Origin: Candidatus Woesearchaeota archaeon
Lineage (GTDB): Archaea > Nanobdellota > Nanobdellia > Woesearchaeales > UBA12501
Assembly: GCA_016177345.1 (NCBI GenBank)
Contig: JACOVM010000077.1
Coordinates: 1-44,242, forward strand
Direction: 5' to 3'
DNA: 44,242 nucleotides
Part shown: positions 9,280-19,718 of the stretch, piece by piece
Numbering within the stretch: position 1 is the first letter of the stretch
Layout: each line of letters starts with the position of its first letter
Made by a program: the position numbers and the translations under genes
The notes under the pieces: model-generated
Databases searched by the model: none
Told to the model about the DNA's origin: nothing
Seen by the model: only the letters and a program-made list of their open reading frames with translations

Positions 9280-12200
9280 ATGGTGAAAAAGAGGGTCCTA
9301 GGTAGCGTGCTAGTTAGCATTCTCTTTATTCTCCTAAGTATAATGCTTCTTTCTCTTTTCTCAATTACTGGGCTTGCTGTACGAAACGAGTGCTGCATTG
9401 ACTACACCAGAGGATCGTTCTGTACCTCCCTGCTTCTTGATGGCCAAGTATGCCCCTCACCTGGAACAGTAGAGCCAAGAGCATGTGAAGCAATACCTGA
9501 CAAGTGCAGCATTGGCTGCTGTGTCATGCCAGAAGGAAATGTTGAAACACGGGCAAAATTCTCCTGCCAAGAGAGCGGAGGAGTTTTTCGTTCTGGAACA
9601 GAACAGCCATACAGCGTTGGGGTAGAAGACCTTGACTGCACGACGCCATTGCGATGCAGCAGGGATACGGATTGCGGCGCAGGATTGTTTTGCGATACTG
9701 CCCTCCCAGATCCGATCTGCAAAGCTGGAACAACGCCAACCACATGTGAGAATAATGTACGTGACGGTGATGAAACTGACGTTGATTGTGGTGGAAGCTG
9801 TTCATCCTGCGCTGCAGGAGCATCGTGCCTTTCCGATACCGATTGCGCTACCAGCTTTTGCGACGCAAGTGACAGGACGTGCAAGCCTGCAGCAGCAGTC
9901 TCGTGCGGCGACGGATTTATCACGACAAGCCGCGGCGAAGAATGTGAGCCACCAGGATCTTCAGGCGTATCCTCAAGCATTGCCCCCGGCCTTGTCTTGT
10001 GCGAAGGAGAAACACTAGCACAAACCATGGCGCGAGAAGGTAGTTCTATCCAGTGTGACATGAGCTGCAAGGTCATTCCCCCATCTTGTCCTCCCCCTCC
10101 AACTGTTGTGGAAGAGCTGCCGCCAGCAACGCCAGAAGGAACATCCTGCGGTGATAGCATCCTAGACACGCCGAACGCTGCGCTGAATAATGAGCAATGT
10201 GACAGAAATGGGGCAGCAGGAATTGCGTGTTCTCCATTTGGAACAGTAGGTTCTGCATGCCTCTCTCGTGAGGATCCATTAGGGCGAGGATGTACATGCT
10301 ATGCTGAATGCCTGGAGAATCCCGGAAGTATTTCTACCACGGCCCATCAAGAAGTGAACCGGGTTATTATTGAATGGGACGAGTCGGGACTGGTATCCTC
10401 ATGTGTTGCAGGATCATGGCCGAAGCGTTTTATCTATCGATGCAATGAAGACGAGCGTGACTGCAATCTCATGAACGAATATGACATCATCAACGCAACA
10501 GCAACAACAGAAATGAAGTATGTTGACAGAACAATTGAAGAGCGAACAGAATACTGCTACAAGGTTGGAGTAAAGCTTGCCTCAGGAAAATTGGTAACAT
10601 CGCCAAAACAGTGCTTGAGAACATGGAGCGAGATATGCTATGGCCTTGCTGGGGGAGTTGGGAAAGGATTATGCAGCGATGACCGAAGCGCTGCCTTGGT
10701 GTGTGATGAACAGCATGTCGCGCAGCGCATTGAATGTGGAACTGGAAGCATCTGCATGGAATCAGGATTTAATCCAACATGTGTCAGCCAACAAGCATGC
10801 GATGTATGCAATGGCCTCTTTCAAACCTTTGGCGGGCATGTTCCGGTTCCAGTATCACAACTGATCGAAATCGCTGTTGGAGATGGCCTGCAGGAGCTTG
10901 CATGTGATGAAGTATTGAGCTGCGCGTATGATACGACAGAGGAAAACGTGAATGCGTATCAGGAATGCAGCGGTATCACGAGCTGCTACGATTATCATTC
11001 AGAGCATGCATGTGATGGTTTTGGCGGCTCTGACCCTTGCTTTGTTGGCCCCTGTGAGTGGAAAGAGCCATACTGGAACACGGTTGGATTCGGCATTTGC
11101 GCCCCCAAACCATCAACCAAGCTGGACTGTGGAAGGTGCAATCGCGACGAGGAAAGCCCGGATGATGCCTTCAATACCGCATTTTTTAGCGAGTGCAGCC
11201 AGGCCACGTGTGAAGAGGGATATGGTGATTGTTATTTCGATGATGGAACATGCAAGGCACAAACAGATGTTGTCTGTGAAGATTATGCGACAAAAGCAGA
11301 ATGCATGGATGGAGATGGCACTGGCGAAGCTGCTTTCGAGCTCGATGGCAATAATGGAGTAGCACAATACTCCAATGATCGCTTTGAGTATGGGGTATGC
11401 AAATGGACTGACGCAAGCAAATGCTTCAAAGACGCTAACGCAGACACTGTTCCCGACTGCAGCTCAGCCGACAAGCCCTGCCAGAGTGACAAGCAGCCGC
11501 CAGCAACCATTGCTGTTCCAACAAAAGAGCAGATACGACAAGATGCTGGCGATCCACCCCAGCGAATTCTTGTTGGCAAAGACGCAGACCTTCTCTTATC
11601 CGTGTCAGAGCCAGCAGTAACCTACTTCTGCATTGATGAGGTTGATCCAGCAACACCCTGTTCTCCAACTACACCAGCAGTATGCAAGCTTCAGCAGCGC
11701 CTTGACACGCTCGGTGATGGAAATAAGCAGGTTCGGCTCTTCTCCGTTGATTACAATGACAATGTTGAGCAAATACAGTCCATTCCTGTTATTCTTGACA
11801 CCACCACACCAACAATAACTATCACTCCCAATTTTGATGAGGAAACAAAAGTGCTGAAAGTGGTGATGAAAGCTAATGAGCAAGTGAGATGCAGTGCTGA
11901 CATGATGAATGGAAATCTCGAGCCAGCACGCGCAGTTCCAGGAACATCTAAATCAAATGCCATCCAAGGAGAAGTTGGAAGAACATTTAACAGAACATAC
12001 TACCAGCTTCCTGATGACCTGTACTATTTCGTGTATGACTGCAAAGATGCTGCCGGCAACAGAAAGCAGGGTTATTATGCTGTATCTAACGTTGAGACCA
12101 ATTTTATTCATCCTCAGCGGATGGGCATATCTCTCGTCACTGCTAATACTCAGCTAACCGTTCAGGTAAGCACAGATCAAGACGCCGAGTGCAGGCTTTC

Positions 12201-15159
12201 TAAAACAGTATCCCTCTTTGATGGAATGGAAATTACTTCTCCACGAGGAAGAACGCACTCAGCCAATCTCCCCCTCACTCCAGGTCGAAACATCTACACG
12301 ATCAAGTGCAAGACAGATGATGGGACAGTCCATGGAAATCTCGGAGACCGCTTCATCATCAGCAGAGACGTTGTTCCACCAAAGATTTCTTTTGTTCAAG
12401 CGTATGACGGAACAACCATATTTGACCCAGCACTCTCGTATGCTGCTCCCCAATACGCGATGATGGCATGTGATGACACGGCAATTCCCGGTGGCATCGT
12501 TTCCAATCTTGGCTGTCAGCACACCACATACAATCTTAATGGTGCTTTAACCGAGGTTGACCACGAGCTTGGCAGGCTTCATGGCCCAATCTACTTTGGT
12601 GATGGAACAACAGCCTTAACCTACACAGCCCGAGACCAGGGGGGAAATAGCGTCACTGGATCGTCAAGCGTTACCGTTACTCGAGGAGAAAAGTCCATGA
12701 CGATTCGAATAACAAACCAGGATGGAACACCAGTCGAAGATGCTGCTAAACTCCAGCCAGCATTGTATTATGTTATGGTCAGCTCAACCTATCACCTCCA
12801 GGGTGCGGTAGTAACGATAGAAATGCTCGAGCGCGAGGAGGACACTGATGAGGATCGGGAACCAGACATGCTTACCCTTCCATCAGCCCCATTGCTGAGC
12901 AGTGCTCTTGAACAAGCCTTCATTCTCGACCTTCGGCTTGGCACTAGGACGGCAAAAGGAGAGGTGTATGACGTGAACATAATGGCACAAGGAACGATCA
13001 CCGAGCCAGTTCCACCATGCTTTGAAGGAGACATGGCAGCAACTACAGAGGACATTTCTGCTGAAGTAGCTGCGGTAGTTGATGCAAGGCTTGTTGATAT
13101 TCGCCTCGAGCCAATGCTGGAGAGTAGGCAGACAGGCCCGACAGGCGTAGAGTATAATGTGTCCTACCAGAATAATGAGTACTTTACGAATCATCGTGAC
13201 CTGTTTGTAACAGGAAAGCTCCTTGACCCAGACACGACAGGAGAGGTTCAGTTTAGCATTGAAACATTCACCTCAACCTGGAATGGAATAGACACGCTAG
13301 AAAACAATGCAGAGGGTGTTGCTACTGAGGGCTTCATTACCTCTACGGTCGGTGAGGCTGCGATCGGGTCATCTACTGTCCGCGTCGCAAACCCTGAGCT
13401 GATCACGCCAGGATCATATCTTTTGTTCAAGAATCACGAGCGTGTCATGTACAGCCGCTATCGAGCGTTTTATCCTGTTGCAGATGTTGATGGCGACCTT
13501 ATCCTTCTGGCCGAGCCTCTCGAGAAGAAAGTGGGGGGATCTGCGGGAGACGTCGATGTCGAAATTTACAGGAAGCCCTTTCCATATAATTGGTTTGGCA
13601 TGACTGTTCCCCTTCAAGAGGGAAGGAACGTCCTTTCAGTAAAAGCAAAAAGCACGTCAGGAGTGTACTCTCCAGAAAAGACAGTGATCATTCAGCGCGA
13701 TACCATGCCCCCAGAAATCATCAGAACCCTTCCAGCCTTTTCGATCACAAGTGATAATGTTTCTGAAGTTGCGTTCATCGTTCGAGAAGCAACAAAGGGG
13801 AGCGGCATTGAAAAAGCAGAGATCACCATGAATAGCGGAAGCAAGCCAACAACGATAGAAGAAATTCCATCCGAGGCTGAGGGTTACCTGTATTACAAGG
13901 TCAGCTTCGCGCAAGACATCCCATTCGCTGAAGGAACATACACGATAAAACTGGTTGGATATGACAGGGCAAAAAATGTGTTCTCTCCTCCAGAACGGTC
14001 AAGCTTCTCCCTGGAAATTGACCGGGGAGCAGCCATCCCCCCAGTATGGACGGTGATTGGCGGAACAAAAAAAGAGACAGCTCTTTTTGGAACCCTCTGG
14101 TATACTCCATATCCAACCATTGAGGTAATTATTGACTTCTCTGCAAACAAGCTGCCAATCAAGATAACTGGGATGGTCATAAGAGCGCAAGGAACAACAG
14201 CCCAATACCCAATTGGAAGAACATGCGAGGAGGTAAAGCTGGTTGGAACAGAATGGGTTGCAGTGCCAATTCCTGCCGGTGCTGCAGGAGCAGCGGGCAC
14301 TGTAGCAGCTGAAATGACCAACAAGTTTAGGTGCAGGCTGGCAGAACCGCTTGGGCAGAACAACGCGTATCAGATTGGGGTTCGAGCCCATAAAGTCTTG
14401 ACGACAGGGCCATTGCCGGACAACACCTTCTTCAGCGACAGTATCATTCTTGATAACCAGCCACCACAAGTAACCAGCCTCATTTATCATTCTCCCGCAA
14501 AAATCGAGATGCCGCTTGAATTTTACGCAACTGTTCCAAATGAGAGGTACGAGCTCGGGGCGAAACTCACCTACAGCGTGAACAGGGAAACGTACAACCT
14601 TCAGGCAGTTGGAGGATTGAACGGAAACTATCTGTTCATCTGGGACGTGCCGTACTTTGACATCACCCAAGACCTTTACCAAGATATCGATCAGGATAAA
14701 GAATTCCTGATTACCATCTATGACTATGCAGATTCAAGCCACACATGGGAAGCTAGGAGAATGATCAAGATTGACGGAAGGCCGCCAGAGCTTGGAAGCG
14801 TGCAGTTTAGTGTTGAAGCTCCCTATTCCGCAGTAGGCATTCTTGGAAAAGAGTATTACACCAACGCAGAAACAGTTCATATCACTGGAAACTACACGGG
14901 AGATGACGTGAAGTACATCTACATCGAGCCAGGAAGCTTTGATTCAGAAACAGGAGAGTTTGCTGCCCGAGCCCACCCCTTGCGATTGCCAAACAAGAAG
15001 TTCATGTTTGACGTCAAGCTTCAAGGAGAGGCTGAAGAAATGGCCGAAAATAGCTTCGAGCTTGTTGCGGTCGATGACGCAGGAAACAGCATCAGGCTCC
15101 CATTTAAGGTATGGTACGACCAGACTGTTCCACCAAAGCCACAAATTATTATTGAGTAA
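9280..15159 (+). CDS. Giant surface protein: Cys-rich N-terminal quarter + many Ig-like beta-sandwich modules (1959 aa)
   Basis: Signal/anchor MVKKRVLGSVLVSILFILLSIMLL. One 8-Cys ETDVDCGGSC module and two CGD..(E/Q)C Myxococcus-type Cys repeats. About 7 module boundaries of the form D-x-x-(x)-P-P (DTTTPTI, DVVPPKI, DTMPPEI, DNQPPQV, DGRPPEL, DQTVPPK). Confidence 0.85.
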   Translation: MVKKRVLGSVLVSILFILLSIMLLSLFSITGLAVRNECCIDYTRGSFCTSLLLDGQVCPSPGTVEPRACEAIPDKCSIGCCVMPEGNVETRAKFSCQESGGVFRSGTEQPYSVGVEDLDCTTPLRCSRDTDCGAGLFCDTALPDPICKAGTTPTTCENNVRDGDETDVDCGGSCSSCAAGASCLSDTDCATSFCDASDRTCKPAAAVSCGDGFITTSRGEECEPPGSSGVSSSIAPGLVLCEGETLAQTMAREGSSIQCDMSCKVIPPSCPPPPTVVEELPPATPEGTSCGDSILDTPNAALNNEQCDRNGAAGIACSPFGTVGSACLSREDPLGRGCTCYAECLENPGSISTTAHQEVNRVIIEWDESGLVSSCVAGSWPKRFIYRCNEDERDCNLMNEYDIINATATTEMKYVDRTIEERTEYCYKVGVKLASGKLVTSPKQCLRTWSEICYGLAGGVGKGLCSDDRSAALVCDEQHVAQRIECGTGSICMESGFNPTCVSQQACDVCNGLFQTFGGHVPVPVSQLIEIAVGDGLQELACDEVLSCAYDTTEENVNAYQECSGITSCYDYHSEHACDGFGGSDPCFVGPCEWKEPYWNTVGFGICAPKPSTKLDCGRCNRDEESPDDAFNTAFFSECSQATCEEGYGDCYFDDGTCKAQTDVVCEDYATKAECMDGDGTGEAAFELDGNNGVAQYSNDRFEYGVCKWTDASKCFKDANADTVPDCSSADKPCQSDKQPPATIAVPTKEQIRQDAGDPPQRILVGKDADLLLSVSEPAVTYFCIDEVDPATPCSPTTPAVCKLQQRLDTLGDGNKQVRLFSVDYNDNVEQIQSIPVILDTTTPTITITPNFDEETKVLKVVMKANEQVRCSADMMNGNLEPARAVPGTSKSNAIQGEVGRTFNRTYYQLPDDLYYFVYDCKDAAGNRKQGYYAVSNVETNFIHPQRMGISLVTANTQLTVQVSTDQDAECRLSKTVSLFDGMEITSPRGRTHSANLPLTPGRNIYTIKCKTDDGTVHGNLGDRFIISRDVVPPKISFVQAYDGTTIFDPALSYAAPQYAMMACDDTAIPGGIVSNLGCQHTTYNLNGALTEVDHELGRLHGPIYFGDGTTALTYTARDQGGNSVTGSSSVTVTRGEKSMTIRITNQDGTPVEDAAKLQPALYYVMVSSTYHLQGAVVTIEMLEREEDTDEDREPDMLTLPSAPLLSSALEQAFILDLRLGTRTAKGEVYDVNIMAQGTITEPVPPCFEGDMAATTEDISAEVAAVVDARLVDIRLEPMLESRQTGPTGVEYNVSYQNNEYFTNHRDLFVTGKLLDPDTTGEVQFSIETFTSTWNGIDTLENNAEGVATEGFITSTVGEAAIGSSTVRVANPELITPGSYLLFKNHERVMYSRYRAFYPVADVDGDLILLAEPLEKKVGGSAGDVDVEIYRKPFPYNWFGMTVPLQEGRNVLSVKAKSTSGVYSPEKTVIIQRDTMPPEIIRTLPAFSITSDNVSEVAFIVREATKGSGIEKAEITMNSGSKPTTIEEIPSEAEGYLYYKVSFAQDIPFAEGTYTIKLVGYDRAKNVFSPPERSSFSLEIDRGAAIPPVWTVIGGTKKETALFGTLWYTPYPTIEVIIDFSANKLPIKITGMVIRAQGTTAQYPIGRTCEEVKLVGTEWVAVPIPAGAAGAAGTVAAEMTNKFRCRLAEPLGQNNAYQIGVRAHKVLTTGPLPDNTFFSDSIILDNQPPQVTSLIYHSPAKIEMPLEFYATVPNERYELGAKLTYSVNRETYNLQAVGGLNGNYLFIWDVPYFDITQDLYQDIDQDKEFLITIYDYADSSHTWEARRMIKIDGRPPELGSVQFSVEAPYSAVGILGKEYYTNAETVHITGNYTGDDVKYIYIEPGSFDSETGEFAARAHPLRLPNKKFMFDVKLQGEAEEMAENSFELVAVDDAGNSIRLPFKVWYDQTVPPKPQIIIE

Positions 15160-15187
15160 GTCAATTATGAGGATTATTCAGTAAGTC
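15148..15187. repeat. Imperfect direct repeat attatt[g/c]agtaagtc x2 (period 25), third partial copy at 15191-15203
   Basis: Copies at 15148-15162 and 15173-15187 are 14/15 identical. The first copy contains the stop codon of the 1959-aa gene. Confidence 0.85.
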
Positions 15188-15208
15188 CGTTATTAAGTAG
15201 GTCAGCCA

Positions 15209-18200
15209 ATGAAAAAAACTGGCACTAGAACTGCACTGATAATAATGCTGGTGATAGTGCTAAGTATATGCATCGTCGCAAGCATAGCCTTTGCAGCCCA
15301 TACGCTTTCTCCTCCAGCATCTTCTTCACCTGCAGGCTCATCAGGCTCGGCGGCAGCCCCAACAATTACGATCGTGAGAAAAACAGACCCGCAAATCAAT
15401 GTTATCTTTACCATTCCTGTTGCTGTTGAAGACGCGTTTATTGCACGATTGAGCGACACGGATGAGATTCTGGAGCGCATCAACATGACAAAAACGCCGA
15501 GCATCGGCTTGTCAACAACATACACGTTCAAAACCAATCGAGGGCTTGCCAATGGGGCGTATCATTTCATCATTCGTATCAGGACCTTGTCCGGAAATAG
15601 GCAGGTGTACGATGAGCCCTTCACCATTGACACGCCGCAGACTGAAATTACCATCCTCGAGCCGCGCCTTGGAATCTCGAATGACCTCGATTATAGCTTT
15701 ACTATCCTTACGATGAGGGAGGGAGAGCGAGTTCCAAGCAGGTGTAAATATGCCGTGTTTAAGGCAGCCTCGTTCGACTCACCAGGGCTAAAGGCGTTCG
15801 ATTATCCAAGGGATGGCGGCGCTTCAGAGACGCACACGATCACGAGCTTTCGCGAAAAGTTCACGATCGAGCCAAACAAGCCAGAAGCGTTTCTGTACTT
15901 CTACTGCATTGATGATCTTGGAATAGAAGTGCAAAAAACAGTCCAGCCCGTAATTGATACGATTTCTCCAAGAATCACTTCTGTTCAGCTCGATCCTGCA
16001 TTATGGGGCGAGTACCCTGTGTCTGGCCCCTTTTTTACAACAATAAGCGCGCAAACGAGTGAGAAGTCCATTTGCAAATACATCATCCGAAATGCTGGTG
16101 ACTACGTTGCGGAGATACGCTATGACAGCATGGCTCCATTTCCTGGCTTCGATCGCTTTAACGCTGATGTATTCAACATAACAAATAAGGTATGGGTTGA
16201 GCTTCCAAATCGAGACCAGGTTTCCTATAATATTAGTGTGCAGTGCGAGGACATGGCAGGGCTATTTACCAAGCCACAAAGCGTGATCGCAACTGTCAAC
16301 TTAACCTCACCCTTAGGAATCCTGGTTACTTCCCCCCCAAGAGTCACGTCAAATTCTGATATCACCTTTGAGTTTACCACCAAGAAGAGATCGTACTGCT
16401 CCTATGTTGCCAGCGATGGCACTGAACAGGTCATTACCGAGGCGAGCAACCCGGTCAAAGACCACTCCTTTGACTATGGCCATATTGATGATGGGGATTA
16501 CACGTTTCGACTACGATGCCAAAGTGGCAGTGCTGGAAGCCAGCAGAGCGAAGAGCTAACCTACCTTTTTACTGTTGATACGCAGCCACCAAGCATGCCT
16601 AACATTACAGCAACAACGTTTGCAACATGCCAAAACACCTCTTTTCCGGAGAGCATGAACATTCGATTTTCTGCGCAGGATGCCCGGACCGGAGTTGCCT
16701 CGTACACGTATCGCATTCCCGGTATCATAAACACTCCTGTCCAGAGCAGCGGCCAGCTTCCTGCTATTTCTCAAAACGAGAATGGAACAGCACTTAACTT
16801 ATCAAGCGGCAGGGTGTACAAGCTGCAAGTAACCGCCACAGACCGGGCAGGGCTTACCAGCGCGACGGCAGAAAAAGACCTGCTCTACGACAAGACAGCA
16901 TGGCAGTGCCTCGAGCATGACCCTCCAACGATAGACATTGATGAGGAACAGCAGCTCGGCACGGTTCTCGCCAGCATGAGCTGTGACGATGACAGCGGCT
17001 GTAATAACCGCTCCTTCAAATATGGGCTGGCGGGGTCTGAACGAAACTGCACAGCTACCTTAGTGTATGATGATCCGGTGCTTGTTTCGCGTCCAAGCTA
17101 CATCTGCTTCTATGCAGAAGACACTCTCGGAAATAATGCAACAAAATCAACGCAGGTCGTGGTTACTCAAGCCTCGTCCTGCGCGAACGGCATTGCGGAT
17201 AGTGGAGAAGCAGATGTTGATTGTGGGGGGAGCTGTGGAGGAACCTGCAATCAGGGGAAAAAGTGTAAAAAGGATAGCGACTGCAAAACTGATTATTGCA
17301 GCAGTGCAGGAATATGCGAAGCCGCAAGCTGCACAGACAAGATAAAGAACCAGCACGAAACTGACGTTGATTGCGGGGGAGAATGTGGGATTTGTCAAAC
17401 AGGAAAAACGTGTAAGATCGACACCGACTGCAGTTCTGGACTATGCGATCCAGGTGGCAAAATCTGTGTTGAATCAACCTGCAGCGACACCATCAAAGGC
17501 CCAGGAGAAGCTGACATCGATTGTGGTGGGGCGTGCACGGCAAAATGTGGCATTGGAAAAAAATGCAAGCTCAACAGTGACTGTACGACGCTATATTGCA
17601 GTACGTTCTATGGAGAATGCAGGGCATCGCCGGCTAATGAAACACCAACACCCCCAGGGCTGCCTCCTGCCGATGATAACAAAGGCATGATGATGTGGGT
17701 CATCGTTGGTGTGCTTCTCCTCGTGCTGCTCGTTGGAGGATTATTGTGGTATCATGCAAAGTATGGAAAGAAGACTCTCAAATCAGGCAGTGCTCAATCA
17801 GGAAGGCTTCTGCCACCACAGCACGCATCGCAATCCTCCCTCTCTAAAAAAGAAGCAGCAACCTCACCAGCAATACTTCGCGCTACGCGATACCATGACG
17901 AGCTGATCCGAAAGAAGCAGGAAAAGCTGCTGCAGCAGCGCATGATGCAACGGCATGGCATCTTTAAGGCGTTTGATGTTTCAGCATTGACAGGAGCAAA
18001 AGCAGCAGAAAATGTCCAGCCATTACCAAAATCAGTACCGAAAATAATTCAAAAACAAGGAGAAAAACCAGGTGAGGCAAAGAAGCTCAGTGAAAAGCAG
18101 CTTCCACTTCATCATCAGCTTTTTGAACGATTAAAGGGGGAATTAAAAGGAGAAGAATGGATTCCGCTAGAGTTGCTCCATCAAAAACATGTCCAGCACT

Positions 18201-18451
18201 CACAGCATTTGCAAACAAAACAAGCTGCGCAAGGAGCTGGCCAACAAAAGCAGAAAAAGGAAAAAGAAAGCGAAGAAAGAGATGAGAACTTTGACCGCCT
18301 GGATACCCTTAGCCGGCGAGACGAGTTCTTTGATGAGCTGGAGAACATGAAAGGGACACTGAACAAGGCGCTTGGCGGCGTTTTCGGAGACATAGGAAAA
18401 ATTGCGGAAGGAAAAGAAAGGGGCAAAGGGCAAGCCCCAAAACGACGCTGA
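15209..18451 (+). CDS. Type I membrane surface protein: Ig-like modules + 3 tandem 8-Cys modules + TM + charged cytoplasmic tail (1080 aa)
   Basis: Signal MKKTGTRTALIIMLVIVLSICIVASIAFA. D-x-x-P-P boundaries (DTISPRI, DTQPPSM). Three ~50-aa modules ..E(A/T)D(V/I)DCGG.C. TM MMWVIVGVLLLVLLVGGLLWY at ~17689-17755, followed by a K/Q/E-rich ~225-aa tail. Confidence 0.85.
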   Translation: MKKTGTRTALIIMLVIVLSICIVASIAFAAHTLSPPASSSPAGSSGSAAAPTITIVRKTDPQINVIFTIPVAVEDAFIARLSDTDEILERINMTKTPSIGLSTTYTFKTNRGLANGAYHFIIRIRTLSGNRQVYDEPFTIDTPQTEITILEPRLGISNDLDYSFTILTMREGERVPSRCKYAVFKAASFDSPGLKAFDYPRDGGASETHTITSFREKFTIEPNKPEAFLYFYCIDDLGIEVQKTVQPVIDTISPRITSVQLDPALWGEYPVSGPFFTTISAQTSEKSICKYIIRNAGDYVAEIRYDSMAPFPGFDRFNADVFNITNKVWVELPNRDQVSYNISVQCEDMAGLFTKPQSVIATVNLTSPLGILVTSPPRVTSNSDITFEFTTKKRSYCSYVASDGTEQVITEASNPVKDHSFDYGHIDDGDYTFRLRCQSGSAGSQQSEELTYLFTVDTQPPSMPNITATTFATCQNTSFPESMNIRFSAQDARTGVASYTYRIPGIINTPVQSSGQLPAISQNENGTALNLSSGRVYKLQVTATDRAGLTSATAEKDLLYDKTAWQCLEHDPPTIDIDEEQQLGTVLASMSCDDDSGCNNRSFKYGLAGSERNCTATLVYDDPVLVSRPSYICFYAEDTLGNNATKSTQVVVTQASSCANGIADSGEADVDCGGSCGGTCNQGKKCKKDSDCKTDYCSSAGICEAASCTDKIKNQHETDVDCGGECGICQTGKTCKIDTDCSSGLCDPGGKICVESTCSDTIKGPGEADIDCGGACTAKCGIGKKCKLNSDCTTLYCSTFYGECRASPANETPTPPGLPPADDNKGMMMWVIVGVLLLVLLVGGLLWYHAKYGKKTLKSGSAQSGRLLPPQHASQSSLSKKEAATSPAILRATRYHDELIRKKQEKLLQQRMMQRHGIFKAFDVSALTGAKAAENVQPLPKSVPKIIQKQGEKPGEAKKLSEKQLPLHHQLFERLKGELKGEEWIPLELLHQKHVQHSQHLQTKQAAQGAGQQKQKKEKESEERDENFDRLDTLSRRDEFFDELENMKGTLNKALGGVFGDIGKIAEGKERGKGQAPKRR

Positions 18452-18489
18452 ACAAGGTACAAAGAGTAAACAAAAAATAAACGCCCGAA

Positions 18490-18519
18490 AATAAGCACAT
18501 AAGAAATAAGCACATAAGA
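18490..18519. repeat. Exact tandem duplication aataagcacataaga x2
   Basis: 15-bp unit at 18490-18504 and 18505-18519, in the spacer between 15209-18451 and 18539-19585. Confidence 0.95.
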
Positions 18520-18538
18520 ATAGGGTAGACCAAATACC

Positions 18539-19585
18539 ATGCTTCATCAAAAAAAAGGGGCTGTTGAAATCCAATTCAATTGGATCTTTATCTTGATTAT
18601 TGGGGCGTTGATTCTGACATTTTTCTTTGCTATCGCGCAAAAGCAAAAGCAGCTTTCAGAACGAAGGCTTGGCGCAGACATTTCATCAGAGCTCGACTTG
18701 CTCTTTACCGGGCAAGGTGTAAGTAGCAACACGATCAGCGTGATGAACATCCCTAACGTTCCCATTCGGGTAAGTTGTGATGACTACACCATCTTCAATG
18801 TCCCCCGAAGGCTTGGAAACACGATCATTTTTTCTCCACAAGAGATTACCGGGAAAAAGATGATTGGGATGACCCTTCCATGGACGGTGCCATTCAAGGT
18901 CACCAACTTCTTCTACCTAACAACTCCACGAATACGATACATCATAATCAATGCGCCTGATGTTGTTCAGGAAGAGCTTACCGCAACCCTTCCCTTAAAT
19001 AGGGCGGTGGGGGAAGGAATGAGCGTTGAATTCGTCAACGATACGAGTCTTGTCTCATCCATTCTCTACCAGAATAATCCGCACACGAGGCTTATTTTTT
19101 TTAACACCGACCCCGAGCTTCCATCTGATTTTGAGAGTGTGAAGGCCCGAGGCATATCAGCAGTTGTTCTTCAAGGGGGATTCACGGATTTTGATGATAT
19201 CAGCGAGGCGCACTTTTATCGAAAAGAAGGGAATGCCTTTGTTGACGACCAGGGTGCTGATGGAAATGCGGTGTACGCTATTATAGGAAAAGCGAGCGCA
19301 CTTGGGGCCATGATAACCTCAACTGCAGAGGGCTACGAGTGCTCGATGGCAAAGGCAACGCATCGATTAAAAAACGTGGCAGAAATATATCGTGGAAGAA
19401 GTGATGCTATATTTACTGCTATTCACCGAAATGAATGCGGCTTCGCAGTCTCAGCGTTAGATGCCATTATCAGTGCAGAAAGCCAAGGGCTTTCTCAAGT
19501 AAAAACTGCTATTGATGCAGGGCAAAGCAGCCTTGAAAGCAGCAACAGAAATGCACTTCGCCTATCCTGCCCTACGCTGTATTGA
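18539..19585 (+). CDS. Pilin-signal protein, unknown mature domain (348 aa)
   Basis: N-terminus MLHQKKGA/VEIQFNWIFILIIGALILTFFFAI is class III signal-like. No recognisable domain afterwards. Confidence 0.7.
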   Translation: MLHQKKGAVEIQFNWIFILIIGALILTFFFAIAQKQKQLSERRLGADISSELDLLFTGQGVSSNTISVMNIPNVPIRVSCDDYTIFNVPRRLGNTIIFSPQEITGKKMIGMTLPWTVPFKVTNFFYLTTPRIRYIIINAPDVVQEELTATLPLNRAVGEGMSVEFVNDTSLVSSILYQNNPHTRLIFFNTDPELPSDFESVKARGISAVVLQGGFTDFDDISEAHFYRKEGNAFVDDQGADGNAVYAIIGKASALGAMITSTAEGYECSMAKATHRLKNVAEIYRGRSDAIFTAIHRNECGFAVSALDAIISAESQGLSQVKTAIDAGQSSLESSNRNALRLSCPTLY

Positions 19586-19682
19586 AAAGAGGTGCTGTAT
19601 TACCGTATTAAGAAGAGATGAAAGTGATTAAAGAAGAGAATGATGGTGATTAGAAAATAAGGGAGATCAACAAACGATATTA

Positions 19683-19707
19683 TAAGAAACGTAAGAAACG
19701 AAGAAAC
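19683..19707. repeat. Tandem taagaaacg x2 + partial third copy
   Basis: Units at 19683-19691, 19692-19700 and 19701-19707 (aagaaac), just upstream of start 19719. Confidence 0.9.
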
Positions 19708-19718
19708 TTACCGGGAAC

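Noticed and set aside
9402-10169. Long antisense and alternate-frame ORFs inside the giant genes, for example 9402-10169(-), 13999-14682(-), 2582-3022(-), 6273-6776(-) and 7573-8154(+).
   Set aside because: All are nested in far longer ORFs with coherent domain structure. Their translations are low-complexity (P/S/R/C-rich) with no motifs or start-site signals, as expected for shadow ORFs in long genes.
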